Sequence record: SRR33789315_16
DNA: 63,069 nt
Direction: 5' to 3' (one strand)
A program made the position numbers and the translations under genes. Below the pieces are notes generated by a model that had not been told where the DNA came from, made no database searches, and saw nothing but the letters and a program-made list of their open reading frames with translations. This document shows, in pieces, positions 36,580 to 47,359 of the stretch. Numbering within the stretch: position 1 is the first letter of the stretch; each line of letters opens with the position of its first letter.

Positions 36580-38430
36580 TTAAGATTTTTTAACTTTTTT
36601 CATTCTTTGGGCTAAATCGTGACCTGTTCTAAAGAGCAAATGCACAGGTGTATTATCTAGTGGGAATGCTTTTCTAAGTCCGTTTTTCAAATATCTCTTA
36701 TAGCTATCAGGGATACCTTGAGATTTATTTGAGAACAGAAGAATTGTAGGTGGATCTGTCTTAACCATAGAGGCATAACGAACTTTAAAGCGCTTTCCAC
36801 TTGTTCTTTTTACAACGATCGGATGCTTTTCAATAAGTTCAAATACTGAACGGTTAAGCTCCCCAGTCGAAACAGGACGTCTACGAATAAGTACTGTTTT
36901 CTTCAAAGCTTTTTTAAGGACTGTCAAACCAGATCCACGTAGTGCAGACATAGGAAGAACGTCACAAAAGCTTAACCAAGGAAGAGTTGCGCGAAGATCA
37001 CTAATCCACTCACGTCTTTCCTTATCATCTTTAAAATCGCGTTTTTTAATATCCATTTTATTAAGAACGACGATAACAGATTTACCTTTTTCTAGTGCGA
37101 TATCAAGCAACCTTCTATCTTGGTGACCAACACCTTTAGTAGCATCAACCATGTAAATCACTAGATCAGATTCAGTGATTGAACGTAGAGAGCGATAGAC
37201 TGACTGTTCTTCTAATGGATCATCAATAGATTTTTGACGACGAATACCTGCTGTATCGACGATATGAAGTGTGCGCCAAAAGCTTCCCGTTGGAGCTTGT
37301 GATTCTTCAGTTGACTCGAGCGTTTCTTCGTCTATAGCGATCATTTCAGCATCGCTATCTTCTTCAAAATCATCATCTTCCAAAGTACCAAAAGCTTTGG
37401 CATAAAGTTCTTCATCTAACAAAGCATCATCATCTTCAGCATTAACATTATTTTCAGAAAGCTCATAAGAGTCTTCTAGGTTAATATCATCAGCGTACTG
37501 AGCTGCAGTTTCGTCAAAGTCCCCTTCTTCTTCGTATGAGTCAGACATGCGATCAAAGAATTCTGGGTTATTTTGTCTAAAATCTTCGTATTGTTTAACA
37601 AGTGGTCCGTCATGCTTAATCAATTCAACTCTTTTATCTAGTTCAAGAGCATCTGGTCCAAAATAAAGATCAAAATAACCTTCAATTGGATCGACTGTTG
37701 TTCCAGCAATTTCACTCACCAACGCACGCTCTGAACCAAGTAATTGGTTTAGCATGGTTGATTTACCAGCATTAGGAGCACCAATGATCGCTACACGCGC
37801 TACAACGTTTTCACGTGGTGTAACACCATGTTGAAGCGTTGGTGCAGTATTTTGATCATCATTTTGAAAATCAATTGAACGTTGCTGTAGAGCTTCACGT
37901 AGTAAAACGACTCCTGTGCCATGAGCGGCCGAAAGAGTAAACATCTCTTCAGGATCTATACCTAGCTCATAAAATTCGAGTTCATTACCAGCTTGAGATT
38001 CATCATCGAATTTGTTAACGACTAACCAAAAAGGCTTTTTTTGCATACGAATAGCTGTCGCGATTTCACGATCAACCGGCAAAATACCCTCACGAACATC
38101 AACCACGAATAAAACGAGATCACTCTCATCAATCGCAAGCTTAGCGTGATCTTTCATAATATTAAAAAAGGCGCTGACGTTGTCATTACCTTCTTCAACT
38201 CTTTGAGGATAAAATCCACCGGTATCAACCAAGACAATATCTTGTCCAGGCTTACTAGGAATATCTTCCAGATGAGCAATGCCATAGTGGCGATCTCTCG
38301 TCACACCGGGGCGATCCAGCGTTAAGGCCTTATGTTGCTTTTTCATCATGCGATTAAAAAGTGAGCTTTTACCCACATTCGGTCTACCTATAATGGAGAC
38401 GACATAATCTCTTTTCATTTCTGTCTCCAA
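36580..38430 (-). CDS. der: Ribosome biogenesis GTPase Der (EngA) with large acidic insert
   Basis: Two G domains ([16 protein letters not shown] and [16 protein letters not shown]) and a KH-like C-terminal domain; start may be ATG 38418. Confidence 0.95.
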   Translation of the reverse strand: METEMKRDYVVSIIGRPNVGKSSLFNRMMKKQHKALTLDRPGVTRDRHYGIAHLEDIPSKPGQDIVLVDTGGFYPQRVEEGNDNVSAFFNIMKDHAKLAIDESDLVLFVVDVREGILPVDREIATAIRMQKKPFWLVVNKFDDESQAGNELEFYELGIDPEEMFTLSAAHGTGVVLLREALQQRSIDFQNDDQNTAPTLQHGVTPRENVVARVAIIGAPNAGKSTMLNQLLGSERALVSEIAGTTVDPIEGYFDLYFGPDALELDKRVELIKHDGPLVKQYEDFRQNNPEFFDRMSDSYEEEGDFDETAAQYADDINLEDSYELSENNVNAEDDDALLDEELYAKAFGTLEDDDFEEDSDAEMIAIDEETLESTEESQAPTGSFWRTLHIVDTAGIRRQKSIDDPLEEQSVYRSLRSITESDLVIYMVDATKGVGHQDRRLLDIALEKGKSVIVVLNKMDIKKRDFKDDKERREWISDLRATLPWLSFCDVLPMSALRGSGLTVLKKALKKTVLIRRRPVSTGELNRSVFELIEKHPIVVKRTSGKRFKVRYASMVKTDPPTILLFSNKSQGIPDSYKRYLKNGLRKAFPLDNTPVHLLFRTGHDLAQRMKKVKKS

Positions 38431-39386
38431 ACCCTTGCAGAAGCTTCTGCTCTAGGAAGACCTAGTTGCTCTAGGATCATATTATTTTTGAACCACTTTG
38501 GAGCGACTTTAACGTGAAGATTAAGATGAACTTGGTTGCCCATCATTTGCTCAATTCTTTCACGTGAGCGAACACCAATTTCTTTAATCATTTGTCCGCC
38601 TGAACCAATCACGATAGCTCGCTGGCTTGGACGGTTAACAATAATTGACGCCGAAATCTTAGAAGCAATTCGCTTTTCTTTAATACGTTGATCGTGCATA
38701 TCACGAAACTCTTCGATCAGAACGGCGACCTCATAAGGAATTTCATCTTTTAAAAGAGTGAAAGTCTGTTCACGAATATACTCAGTTGCAAAAAATCTTT
38801 CGTTTTTGTTCGAAACTGCTCCACCATAAAGATGTGGACCTGATTGGGCTTCATCACAAAGCGCTCCAATCAATGTATTCATATTAAGCTCACTTCTAGA
38901 GCTGATTAAATAATGCTTTTCAATAGCAGGGATAATCTCTTTTGCTTTTAAAGTAATCTCTTCTAAAGGAAGTTTTTCAGCATCCTGAACAACATCACCT
39001 TTTGTGAAGATTAGCCAAGTTCTGCCAAGTGGACGATTAAAGTTCTCTTTAAAGTCACTGACCTGTTCAAGAACTGGTCTAGAAATATCAACGAGAAGAA
39101 GGTTAAGGTCTACACCCTCTGCTCCATCAAGCGCTTGTTGATTAAGACGCTTGTTAAACTCTTGGTTACTTTTATGTAAGCCTGGAGTGTCGACAAGAAC
39201 GATCTCAGTATGATCAACCGTCATCACACAATGAATATGGTTTCTTGTGGTTTGTGGTTTATGAGTAACAACAGTTAAGTCAGTCCCTAACAAATAGTTA
39301 ATCATACTAGATTTTCCAACGTTAGGAGCCCCCAATGTTGCAACCATAATTGATTTATTATGTGGATGTTGGTCTTCAATGAGCAT
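38415..39386 (-). CDS. era: GTPase Era
   Basis: [31 protein letters not shown] motif, LHVKV. Confidence 0.95.
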   Translation of the reverse strand: MLIEDQHPHNKSIMVATLGAPNVGKSSMINYLLGTDLTVVTHKPQTTRNHIHCVMTVDHTEIVLVDTPGLHKSNQEFNKRLNQQALDGAEGVDLNLLLVDISRPVLEQVSDFKENFNRPLGRTWLIFTKGDVVQDAEKLPLEEITLKAKEIIPAIEKHYLISSRSELNMNTLIGALCDEAQSGPHLYGGAVSNKNERFFATEYIREQTFTLLKDEIPYEVAVLIEEFRDMHDQRIKEKRIASKISASIIVNRPSQRAIVIGSGGQMIKEIGVRSRERIEQMMGNQVHLNLHVKVAPKWFKNNMILEQLGLPRAEASARVWRQK

Positions 39387-40227
39387 TTTGATCCCCTTCC
39401 AAATGTAAATTTTGAGCTAAGACACGCCTAGCAAGTTCTTTTTCTGTTTTCTTTTTTGAATGTCCCTCTAAAGAGAGAATATTTTTTTCTTGAATTTTAA
39501 GCGTGACGAGAAATTTTCCAATCGTAACTTCTTTAGCTTCATAGATCGGCGCAACTTTGTAGAGTGCCATTGTCTTTTCTTGTAGACGAGTTTTTGGATC
39601 GAAGTCGTTAAGTCGTTTGGTATCGTAAAATTCGTCATCAAGTAGCTGAATGGTATTATTAAAAGCTAACTCAAGTGCTTCTTGACCTTGATCTTTATAG
39701 ACAGCGGCCATGATGGCTTCAAAAGCATCGGCCAATGCGCCACCAGATAAGTAGTTCTTATCTAAAAACTCGCCCTTACCAACGATAAGTAAGTCCTGTA
39801 GACCAAGACATTTAGCTAACTCAGTAAAGCTAATCTCATTTACCAGCGCAGCTCTAAGTTTAGACAAGTCCCCTTCAGGCAGATGATTAAACTTTTCAAA
39901 CAACGTTTTACTGACGATGGCACCAACGAGTGAATCCCCAAGGAATTCTAAGCGTTCGTTACTATTAATACCTTTATCTTTGGCATCGTTCATAAAGGAG
40001 CGGTGAATAAGCGCTTTAAGCGGCCATTCATAGCTTCTAAAGGTCATTCCAAGCTTGGCTTCCAAGCTTGATAAGGCATAAATAGTTTGAGGGAGTTGAG
40101 CGAGATTGTGGAAAAAATGCGAAGCATCATTTGAACGTAAAACTACGTCCCTAGCGTTATTAAGGGCAAACTCAGTGAAGCTAAGCTTCGCGTTTGTTTG
40201 TAAGGTCGTCTTCTGCATATTATCCAC
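39376..40227 (-). CDS. rnc: Ribonuclease III
   Basis: ALIHRS, NERLEFLGDS, ADAFEA, DPKTRLQE dsRBD; rnc-era order. Confidence 0.93.
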   Translation of the reverse strand: MDNMQKTTLQTNAKLSFTEFALNNARDVVLRSNDASHFFHNLAQLPQTIYALSSLEAKLGMTFRSYEWPLKALIHRSFMNDAKDKGINSNERLEFLGDSLVGAIVSKTLFEKFNHLPEGDLSKLRAALVNEISFTELAKCLGLQDLLIVGKGEFLDKNYLSGGALADAFEAIMAAVYKDQGQEALELAFNNTIQLLDDEFYDTKRLNDFDPKTRLQEKTMALYKVAPIYEAKEVTIGKFLVTLKIQEKNILSLEGHSKKKTEKELARRVLAQNLHLEGDQNAH

Positions 40228-40376
40228 GTTATTCGAATGTCTTGCCCTGTGTTAACACTGCTTTGTCGTAAGAGCAAGTCTGAGTCTTTAAGTTGTCGTC
40301 TAGCCATGAAATAGCTACACTTAGGCTCGAAAATCATCCTAAACCTGTGAAAGATTTACTATGTCTGAGTTTATTT

Positions 40377-41399
40377 ATGGCCAATTCTGATCTTGAACAA
40401 ACGGCTAACTCCCAGACTCTTCCAAGTCCAAAAGACTTAGGAGCCTGGCAGTCACTCTTTTTTTCTGACCTAAAAAGTAAAGGTCGAAGTCTTAATACGC
40501 TAAAAAACTATAAAACAGATCTTGATTGCTTTAATACTTACCTTACTCAATCAAATCTTAGACCTGATCTATCACGCTTTGGAGTTCAAGACGTTCAAGC
40601 TTACGGTGCTTATCTTGATCAACGATATACATCTGATAATTCACGCCGAAGACGCGTCCAAGCGTTGAGATTATTTTTTGATTTTCTAGTTGAGAATCAA
40701 CTGTTCTCACATAATCCCGTGAGAAAGCTTCCTACCTCTCCAAAATTTCTTGATGTTCCTAGACCCACTCCCTTTTCTGAAGTTAAAACCCTTTGGGAAT
40801 ATTTATTGGCAGAAGAAAAAGCACCAGAAAACTTAAACCGTTTAATGGCACTTAGAAATCAAATCGTCGTCTTAATGATTTATGGGGCAGGCTTAAAAGT
40901 CTCCGATCTTTCAAGTCTTAAAGTTCAACGCCTATCTCTCAATACTGAAAACCCAAGAGTACTAATCGAGCATCCCAAGCGTGATCCTTACAGTATTCCG
41001 CTGCCTGAAGTTTTTATTGATGTGTGGAAGCGTTATGAGAAGGCCCTGGCAATTGAAAAAGAAAGATCTGGCATCAGCTTTGATGAAATCCTTTTTGCTG
41101 CCAACCCACATCGAATTCTTGCTGGCGGCTTGTCCTCCAGAGGCATGGAAGTCATCTTTGAAGATATCCGCAGGAAGCTAATGATCACCCTTACGCCTAA
41201 ATCATTAAGACAAGCCTGTATCTTTAAATGGCTTAAACAAGGCCTCAACGATACAACCATCAAAGACTGGTTAGGTGTCGCTCCTTCCTATTCATTAAAA
41301 CCATATAGAGAAAGTTTAAAAGACCATATTTATGGAGACGAATTCTTAAAAGAATTATGGCTTCATCAACAACGCAGAAGATCTGGGAGTGAACGTTGA
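40377..41399 (+). CDS. XerC/D-like tyrosine recombinase family protein with degenerate active site
   Basis: N-terminal core-binding domain (SLNTLKNYKTDL; RRVQALRLFFDFL; NPVR). Catalytic domain reads GLKVSDL, TPKSLRQ and WLGV..Y. Probable start ATG 40377. Confidence 0.85.
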   Translation: MANSDLEQTANSQTLPSPKDLGAWQSLFFSDLKSKGRSLNTLKNYKTDLDCFNTYLTQSNLRPDLSRFGVQDVQAYGAYLDQRYTSDNSRRRRVQALRLFFDFLVENQLFSHNPVRKLPTSPKFLDVPRPTPFSEVKTLWEYLLAEEKAPENLNRLMALRNQIVVLMIYGAGLKVSDLSSLKVQRLSLNTENPRVLIEHPKRDPYSIPLPEVFIDVWKRYEKALAIEKERSGISFDEILFAANPHRILAGGLSSRGMEVIFEDIRRKLMITLTPKSLRQACIFKWLKQGLNDTTIKDWLGVAPSYSLKPYRESLKDHIYGDEFLKELWLHQQRRRSGSER

Positions 41400-42631
41400 A
41401 GCTAGTGATTAAGTTATTTTTATCTCTAAGTCTGTTATCAGCCTGCTCTTACCTCGTTCACCCAATCGCTGGCAATTTCAATGACGATCCTGAGCAAGCT
41501 AAGCTTGATCTCTCACCTGCTGCCAAAAAAATTCTCGATCAAACATTTGAAGATCTAGACCCTGAGTGCCTAGTCGATGTACATGTACACGCCGTTGGAA
41601 ATGGTGAAGAAAACTCAGGCAATTGGGTTAATGAAGAGATGGCCTCCATTTTTGCTCCCTACAAAAAATTACAATTCAATGTTTACTTGTCAGCATCGGG
41701 AATCTCGGACCTTGATCATGTCGAAAGCCAATACAATAAAAGACTCTTAAGCCTGCTTGAAAGTGAGCCACGCTACGGCAGAATCTTTTTATTAGCATTT
41801 GATTGGCATCGCAACGATAAGGGTGAAATTCAAAAAGATCACTCTAGCTTTCATATCGATAATGACTACGTCATGAAAGTTGCCCAAACATCAAAACGCA
41901 TCATGCCTGCAATTTCTATTCACCCAGATCAACCGGACGCGATTGAGCAACTCGAAAAATTTGGTAAAGCGGGTGTTAAGCTAATGAAGTGGCTACCCAA
42001 TGCTATGAGAATTGATCCGGCTGATCCAAAGCATGAAGCCTTTTATAAAGTGATGAAAAAATATAATATCACTTTGCTAAGTCATGCCGGTGTAGAAAAA
42101 GCTGTTGAAGGTGAAATCTATCAAGAACTTGGTAACCCTCTTCGCCTACGCTACCCACTCTCCCTTGGTCTCAATGTCATAGGAGCACATGCTGCTAGTC
42201 GTGGTGAGTGTATTGATATGGATGATCCAAAGAAGCCACATATCGATTGCTTTGACCTATTTTGGCGTATGTTCAATGAAAAGAAGTATGAGAAGAACTT
42301 CTTTGCTGATATATCGGGTCTAACGATCCACGCCAGGGTTGGAAAACCATTAGATGTATTACTTGAGCATCCTGAATTTCATCCCCGTTTGATGAACGGT
42401 AGCGATTACCCACTTCCAGCAATTAATATCCTTTACCGTACTTCTCAATTAGAGGATCTAGGGTACTTAACAAAAGATGAAGCTGAAGCTTTAAATGAAA
42501 TTTATAAATTTAATCCAATGGTTTTTGATCTGGCGATGAAGCGCACTCTTCATCATCCAAAAACAGGACAAAAGTTTTTACCTAGTGCTTTTTTAATTCC
42601 AAAGTCACTAGGTTGTTTTAAAGCCAACTAA
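41396..42631 (+). CDS. Amidohydrolase-family (TIM-barrel) lipoprotein
   Basis: Lipobox LSAC; DVHVH, SIHP, KWLP, SHAG, AHAA and NGSDYP metal-binding motifs. Confidence 0.85.
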   Translation: MKLVIKLFLSLSLLSACSYLVHPIAGNFNDDPEQAKLDLSPAAKKILDQTFEDLDPECLVDVHVHAVGNGEENSGNWVNEEMASIFAPYKKLQFNVYLSASGISDLDHVESQYNKRLLSLLESEPRYGRIFLLAFDWHRNDKGEIQKDHSSFHIDNDYVMKVAQTSKRIMPAISIHPDQPDAIEQLEKFGKAGVKLMKWLPNAMRIDPADPKHEAFYKVMKKYNITLLSHAGVEKAVEGEIYQELGNPLRLRYPLSLGLNVIGAHAASRGECIDMDDPKKPHIDCFDLFWRMFNEKKYEKNFFADISGLTIHARVGKPLDVLLEHPEFHPRLMNGSDYPLPAINILYRTSQLEDLGYLTKDEAEALNEIYKFNPMVFDLAMKRTLHHPKTGQKFLPSAFLIPKSLGCFKAN

Positions 42632-43238
42632 GAACTTCTCTACCTAGTTTATATCCAAGCCATGATAAAACGCAGCCAGCGCTTAGGTTCACCAAGCGCA
42701 TGGCCTTTGGTTTAACTAGAAGAGGACTCATCACTGATGACAGGTTTGCCAAGGCAAAAAACCACAACATCGAAAAGAAACTAGCTCCTAGTCCAAAAAA
42801 GAGCCTATCTTGAAGCGCTGAATGTTTAGAAGCATAGCCACCAATTAAAACGAGGGTATCAAGATAGACGTGAGGGTTTAACAAGCTAAATCCGAGAGTT
42901 AGCATTAGTGCTTTTTTTAAAGAAACAGTTTTATTAGCCTTTAATTTCGAAAGAGATGTTGTATCAAAAGCTTCATAAAGTTTTCGAAGTCCATAAAAAG
43001 CGAGAAAAGCGACACCAAGAATTCCAAAAATAATTTTTAGAGTTGGAAAAGCAATAAATAAAGTAGCAGCTCCAAGCACACCAAATAAAATAAGTATCAA
43101 GTCACAAAGCGAACAAACAAAAGCCACAAACTGATGGTGTGATCGACTTATACCCGATTCAAGAACAAAAATATTTTGAGCTCCCAAGCCTAGAATAAGA
43201 CCTGCTTGTAAAAAGAACCCTTCAAAAAAGAAATTCAT
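42618..43238 (-). CDS. LysE/ArgO family amino-acid exporter
   Basis: GAQNIFVL, LLNPHVYLDT. Confidence 0.92.
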   Translation of the reverse strand: MNFFFEGFFLQAGLILGLGAQNIFVLESGISRSHHQFVAFVCSLCDLILILFGVLGAATLFIAFPTLKIIFGILGVAFLAFYGLRKLYEAFDTTSLSKLKANKTVSLKKALMLTLGFSLLNPHVYLDTLVLIGGYASKHSALQDRLFFGLGASFFSMLWFFALANLSSVMSPLLVKPKAMRLVNLSAGCVLSWLGYKLGREVLSWL

Positions 43239-43247
43239 GGAGTTTAT

Positions 43248-44636
43248 TTAAAAAGAATAAGTGGCAGATGAGTAAAAAGAGTCATTCGAGCGAACATAAT
43301 TCCAGTACGAATATGATTTAGGCGATTGAATAAGTTCCATTCCAATTCCAAGAGATAGATGCTTATCGATATTCCACCAAGCATCTTGTTTTAAAACAAT
43401 ATCTTTAAGAACAGTATCGTATTTCCAGTCACCACTAAGTCCAAGAGCATCATTAAAGCTGTGTTTAAGATAAACACCAACCGCTCTTTTCCATTTAGGT
43501 TTTGTACCTAGAATATCTTCTTCTTTAACTTCGCCTTTTAATCTCTCAATTCCATTTAAAGAAACAGTTGAGATTTTATTATCCCAAACAATCGCTGCGC
43601 GGGCATACGCTTCATCATAATAATTTGGTTGAATTTTTAACGATTCAAACTTAAAGCCTTCATCACCCTTTTTATCAGGCTTAATATTAGTGTAGCTTGC
43701 TTGAAAACTTGTATTCTCAGTCATTTGGGTCGCAAAAACTGCGCCTGCAATTTGGTGATGATTAACAAATGGCCTAGCTCTTACGTAAGCACGCTCAACA
43801 GTGTCTTGCTCGTAGTAGCCAGTAGCATTAACTCTAAGTGTATTTTCAGGCTTCCAAGCATAGTGAGCTGACATCCAAGAACGCTTGCCTAGATCAACTT
43901 TAACTCTTCCACCTAAAGAAGGTTGAAGTAACAAGTTCTTATAAGAAGGAATCTCGAGGTCATAAAAGATTGGGATTTCAACGCCCTGAAGTCCAGCAGA
44001 TCTTGGCGGCAGTTTGGCCCAAGGGTTTGAGCTGACAATGCGTCCTTCTTCAACACTTAAAGCTGGGTTGAGTTGAGGGATATGAACGAAAGATCCAAAA
44101 ATCTCGCCACGAAAATTACTAAAGTTTCGTGTCAGTCTTAAGGCCATCACGCCTTCTTGATCTTGCTCTAGAGGATTATAACCACGCTGGGAATTAAGAT
44201 TGCCTAGGTTCCAATATTTTTCAGTCGGATCCCAATCTAGAATACGTCGACCAAAACTTAAATTCGATCGACCCATATGATAATCAACATAAAGCTCACC
44301 AGCGCTCAACATTGCCGTACTAGATTTTGCATCTGGGTACATACGTAGGTCAGCATCAGCGACTAATAAAAAGCGTCCCGATTCTTTTTTAGAGTAATAA
44401 GAAAAGTCGACCCATTGAGTGCCTGCACCATCAAGTTGAGGATCGTTAAGGTGCTGAATATTTCCGTAAGTGATTGTGCCTTTTGACCAGGCCTTGGAAC
44501 AAAAAATTGAAGTTAAACAAACGAGGAAAGAACAAACGCAACGACGCTCACTCAAAACCTTGATGTTTGTTAGTAGTGACCTGCATGTAACAATCAGCGT
44601 CTTAATCATCCAGTCCATTTTAGCGTTAAGAGTCAA
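43248..44636 (-). CDS. Hypothetical outer-membrane beta-barrel protein (start uncertain)
   Basis: Long ORF with amphipathic strands and terminal YSF; true start is probably downstream of the track start. Confidence 0.65.
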   Translation of the reverse strand: MTLNAKMDWMIKTLIVTCRSLLTNIKVLSERRCVCSFLVCLTSIFCSKAWSKGTITYGNIQHLNDPQLDGAGTQWVDFSYYSKKESGRFLLVADADLRMYPDAKSSTAMLSAGELYVDYHMGRSNLSFGRRILDWDPTEKYWNLGNLNSQRGYNPLEQDQEGVMALRLTRNFSNFRGEIFGSFVHIPQLNPALSVEEGRIVSSNPWAKLPPRSAGLQGVEIPIFYDLEIPSYKNLLLQPSLGGRVKVDLGKRSWMSAHYAWKPENTLRVNATGYYEQDTVERAYVRARPFVNHHQIAGAVFATQMTENTSFQASYTNIKPDKKGDEGFKFESLKIQPNYYDEAYARAAIVWDNKISTVSLNGIERLKGEVKEEDILGTKPKWKRAVGVYLKHSFNDALGLSGDWKYDTVLKDIVLKQDAWWNIDKHLSLGIGMELIQSPKSYSYWNYVRSNDSFYSSATYSF

Positions 44637-44815
44637 TGCTATCTAAAAAAAATGAATGTGAGAAATAATTCCCTATACACTTTCAATTTTTCACGGTTTT
44701 GCAGCCACTTAACTCATCGCGCAAACAGGCTAAATTAGCTAGTTCGCTTAATCTCATCATGACAAAGAGTGTCTTTTTCTATAAGTTGACCCCTTATAAG
44801 CCGGAGCAACCTATA

Positions 44816-45760
44816 ATGAGCGTTGATTATACTCACGTCGATCATGAACAAATACATCGTGACCGAGCTAGAAAAATTCTAAAAGCACACCCTGAAGTTC
44901 GTACTCTTTTAGGCCCTAACCCTTGGACAAGTGTTTTTATTTTCTCTTTAGTCTTTATTCAAATTTCTACAGGTTATTTATTGGCCGATAAAGCATGGTG
45001 GCTTATTCTTATCGTTGCTTATGTGCTTGGAGCTTTCATTAGTCACGGCCTTTATGTTTTAGTTCACGAAGTCTGTCATAACTTAGTTTTTAAAACCCCA
45101 TGGATTAATAAACTTCTAGGTTTCTTATGTGATGTAGGAATTGGTTTTCCAAGTTCAGTAAGTTTTAGCAAATATCATATGATTCATCATGCGCATTTAG
45201 GTGAATATGATTATGATCCTGATATTGTAGCCTACTGGGAAGGTAGACTAGTCGGTAATAAAACTTGGAGAAAGGCTTTATGGCTGGGATTTTTCTTTCT
45301 TTCCCAAGGTTTTACTCGCACACCAAAAGTTAAGAATACAAAGCTGATGGATGGCTGGGTCGCGGCTAATATGATCAGCGTTTCACTTGTATTATTAGCG
45401 ATTGGTTTCTTTATTAACTGGTGGGTCATCGCCTATCTTTTATTTTCAACTTTCTTCGCTCTAGGCTTACATCCTCTTGGAGGTCGTTGGCTTCAAGAGC
45501 ATTATGTTTTTGAGGAAGGCCAAGAGACTTATTCTTATTACGGTCCACTGAATTGGGTTGGCTTTAATATTGGATATCATAATGAGCATCATGATCTTAT
45601 GAATATTCCATGGAACAGAACTCCTAAACTTAGAAAAATGGCTCCGGAATTTTATGACCATTTAGTGATTCATAAATCACTAACAAAAGTTGCTTGGGAC
45701 TTTATTACAAAGCCTGAGATGTCGCCATTTTCGAGAATTGTTCACCCATCTAAAAGATAG
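44816..45760 (+). CDS. Membrane fatty-acid/sphingolipid desaturase, DES1/DEGS (Delta4) type
   Basis: Start ATG 44816 (SD GGAG). His boxes HEVCH, HMIHH and HNEHH; DEGS-like HRDRARKILKAHPEVRTLLGP, GLHPLGG..QEH and ETYSYYGPLN. Confidence 0.88.
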   Translation: MSVDYTHVDHEQIHRDRARKILKAHPEVRTLLGPNPWTSVFIFSLVFIQISTGYLLADKAWWLILIVAYVLGAFISHGLYVLVHEVCHNLVFKTPWINKLLGFLCDVGIGFPSSVSFSKYHMIHHAHLGEYDYDPDIVAYWEGRLVGNKTWRKALWLGFFFLSQGFTRTPKVKNTKLMDGWVAANMISVSLVLLAIGFFINWWVIAYLLFSTFFALGLHPLGGRWLQEHYVFEEGQETYSYYGPLNWVGFNIGYHNEHHDLMNIPWNRTPKLRKMAPEFYDHLVIHKSLTKVAWDFITKPEMSPFSRIVHPSKR

Positions 45761-45761
45761 G

Positions 45762-46568
45762 TTAAGGTTTGGCCTTAGCCTGCTGTGGCCTATCACCGAC
45801 AGGAAGGCCTAAGTCGTGGTCATGCTCCCAGCGATCAAGAGCTAGCTCTTCACGTTCAATACGATAGAATTCAAGGTCATTATCAATCTCATCAAGATTT
45901 TGACCAAGTTCACGCTGCAGTCGAATCTGATCAGCTTTCTTAGAAAGTAATTGATCAAGAGCTTTTTGTTTTTGTGCCTGCATTTCAGCAATTCTTCGAT
46001 CGTACTCAGCGGCCACTTGAACTTTTTGTTGCTCAAAACTCCAAACAAAGCGATTGATACCATTGAGTTGAGTAAAGAAATCTTTTCGTCTTCTTAGAAG
46101 CAGAACTCTAAATAAACTAGCATCCCGAACCCGTTGTGCTAGTTTTTCAGAAGTCATTCTTAGGCGTGATCCTCTTCTAAAGTAGGCATCACGGCGCCAG
46201 CAAGTTCTAATATCTTCAACGTAAATGACAAAGAACTCTTTTTCAACGTCGCGAACATAAGCGCGGCAAGGATCTTTTGAGTCATCTGATCCCTCAACAT
46301 GAAAAGAAATATAGTCACCGACTTTAAAGAATCGTACGTTCTTTGTTTCACTTTCAATTTTATAAATCTGACCAGTGGGATCTTTATCAGTCACGCGTCC
46401 AAAAAACCGTGAATAATCAAAACCTGGATCAAAGAATGAATCAAATTCTTGTTTATAGTTTATCGTTGCACCAAGTAAATCCGACTTACCTGCTTGAATA
46501 GTTAAAGGCGCCGCAAAAGATTGGCCAAAACTGATCAAAATGAACATGACTATAAAAGTTTGTTTCAT
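45762..46568 (-). CDS. Secreted hypothetical protein with C-terminal coiled coil
   Basis: Signal peptide from ATG 46568 (MKQTFIVM..SFA); heptad-rich C-terminal half. Confidence 0.75.
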   Translation of the reverse strand: MKQTFIVMFILISFGQSFAAPLTIQAGKSDLLGATINYKQEFDSFFDPGFDYSRFFGRVTDKDPTGQIYKIESETKNVRFFKVGDYISFHVEGSDDSKDPCRAYVRDVEKEFFVIYVEDIRTCWRRDAYFRRGSRLRMTSEKLAQRVRDASLFRVLLLRRRKDFFTQLNGINRFVWSFEQQKVQVAAEYDRRIAEMQAQKQKALDQLLSKKADQIRLQRELGQNLDEIDNDLEFYRIEREELALDRWEHDHDLGLPVGDRPQQAKAKP

Positions 46569-46684
46569 AGTCTTATTATCTCTTCGCGTTGACGAAAACC
46601 CAAGCATAAAATTCTTAGGAAAAACTTGTCGAGCCGCCTTTGGGGCGATAAAAACTAGGAAACAATTTAAACGCTGGAGACTTT

Positions 46685-47329
46685 ATGCAATTTTTCTTAG
46701 ATACAGGTGATATTGATGAGATTACCAAAGCGTCTCAGTGGGGTTTAATTGACGGGGTTACTACTAACCCAAGTCTTATTGCTAAAACTGGTAGATCACA
46801 AAAAGATGTCATCACTGATATTTGTAAAATTATCGATGGCCCTATCTCAGCTGAAGTTATTTCAACTGACAAAGAAGGTATGATTAAAGAAGGTGCAATT
46901 TTAGCTGAAATGCACCCAAATGTTGTCATTAAACTTCCTTTAACAGAAGCTGGAATCAGTGCCTGTAAATGGTTTAGCACTAATGACATCAAGACAAACG
47001 TCACTCTATGCTTTTCTGCCAACCAGGCTCTTCTAGCGGCTAAAAATGGCGCGACATATATTTCTCCATTCATTGGTCGCCTAGATGATATTGGCCAAGA
47101 CGGTATGCAATTGATTCATGAAATCCGCGCTGTTTATGATAACTACGGATACCCGACTGAAATACTAGCTGCCTCGATTCGTCATACCATGCATGTTCAT
47201 CAATCGGCTTTAGCTGGAGCTGATGTCGCAACCATGCCTTACTCAGTGATCAAAGCTATGTTTAATCATCCACTTACAACTAGTGGGCTAGAAAAGTTTT
47301 TAGCTGATCATCAAAAAGCAAATAAGTAA
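46685..47329 (+). CDS. Transaldolase / fructose-6-phosphate aldolase family
   Basis: [37 protein letters not shown]. Confidence 0.93.
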   Translation: MQFFLDTGDIDEITKASQWGLIDGVTTNPSLIAKTGRSQKDVITDICKIIDGPISAEVISTDKEGMIKEGAILAEMHPNVVIKLPLTEAGISACKWFSTNDIKTNVTLCFSANQALLAAKNGATYISPFIGRLDDIGQDGMQLIHEIRAVYDNYGYPTEILAASIRHTMHVHQSALAGADVATMPYSVIKAMFNHPLTTSGLEKFLADHQKANK

Positions 47330-47359
47330 AAATAAAGCCTGAGTATTTCATTTTTTAGC

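Noticed and set aside
37270-37680. Intein in Der
   Set aside because: No Cys/Ser start or His-Asn end motifs and no endonuclease motifs; the insert is low-complexity acidic.
40293-41399. Integrase as marker of a prophage or genomic island
   Set aside because: No tRNA, att-like repeat, phage or cargo genes, or compositional shift nearby; the context is housekeeping.
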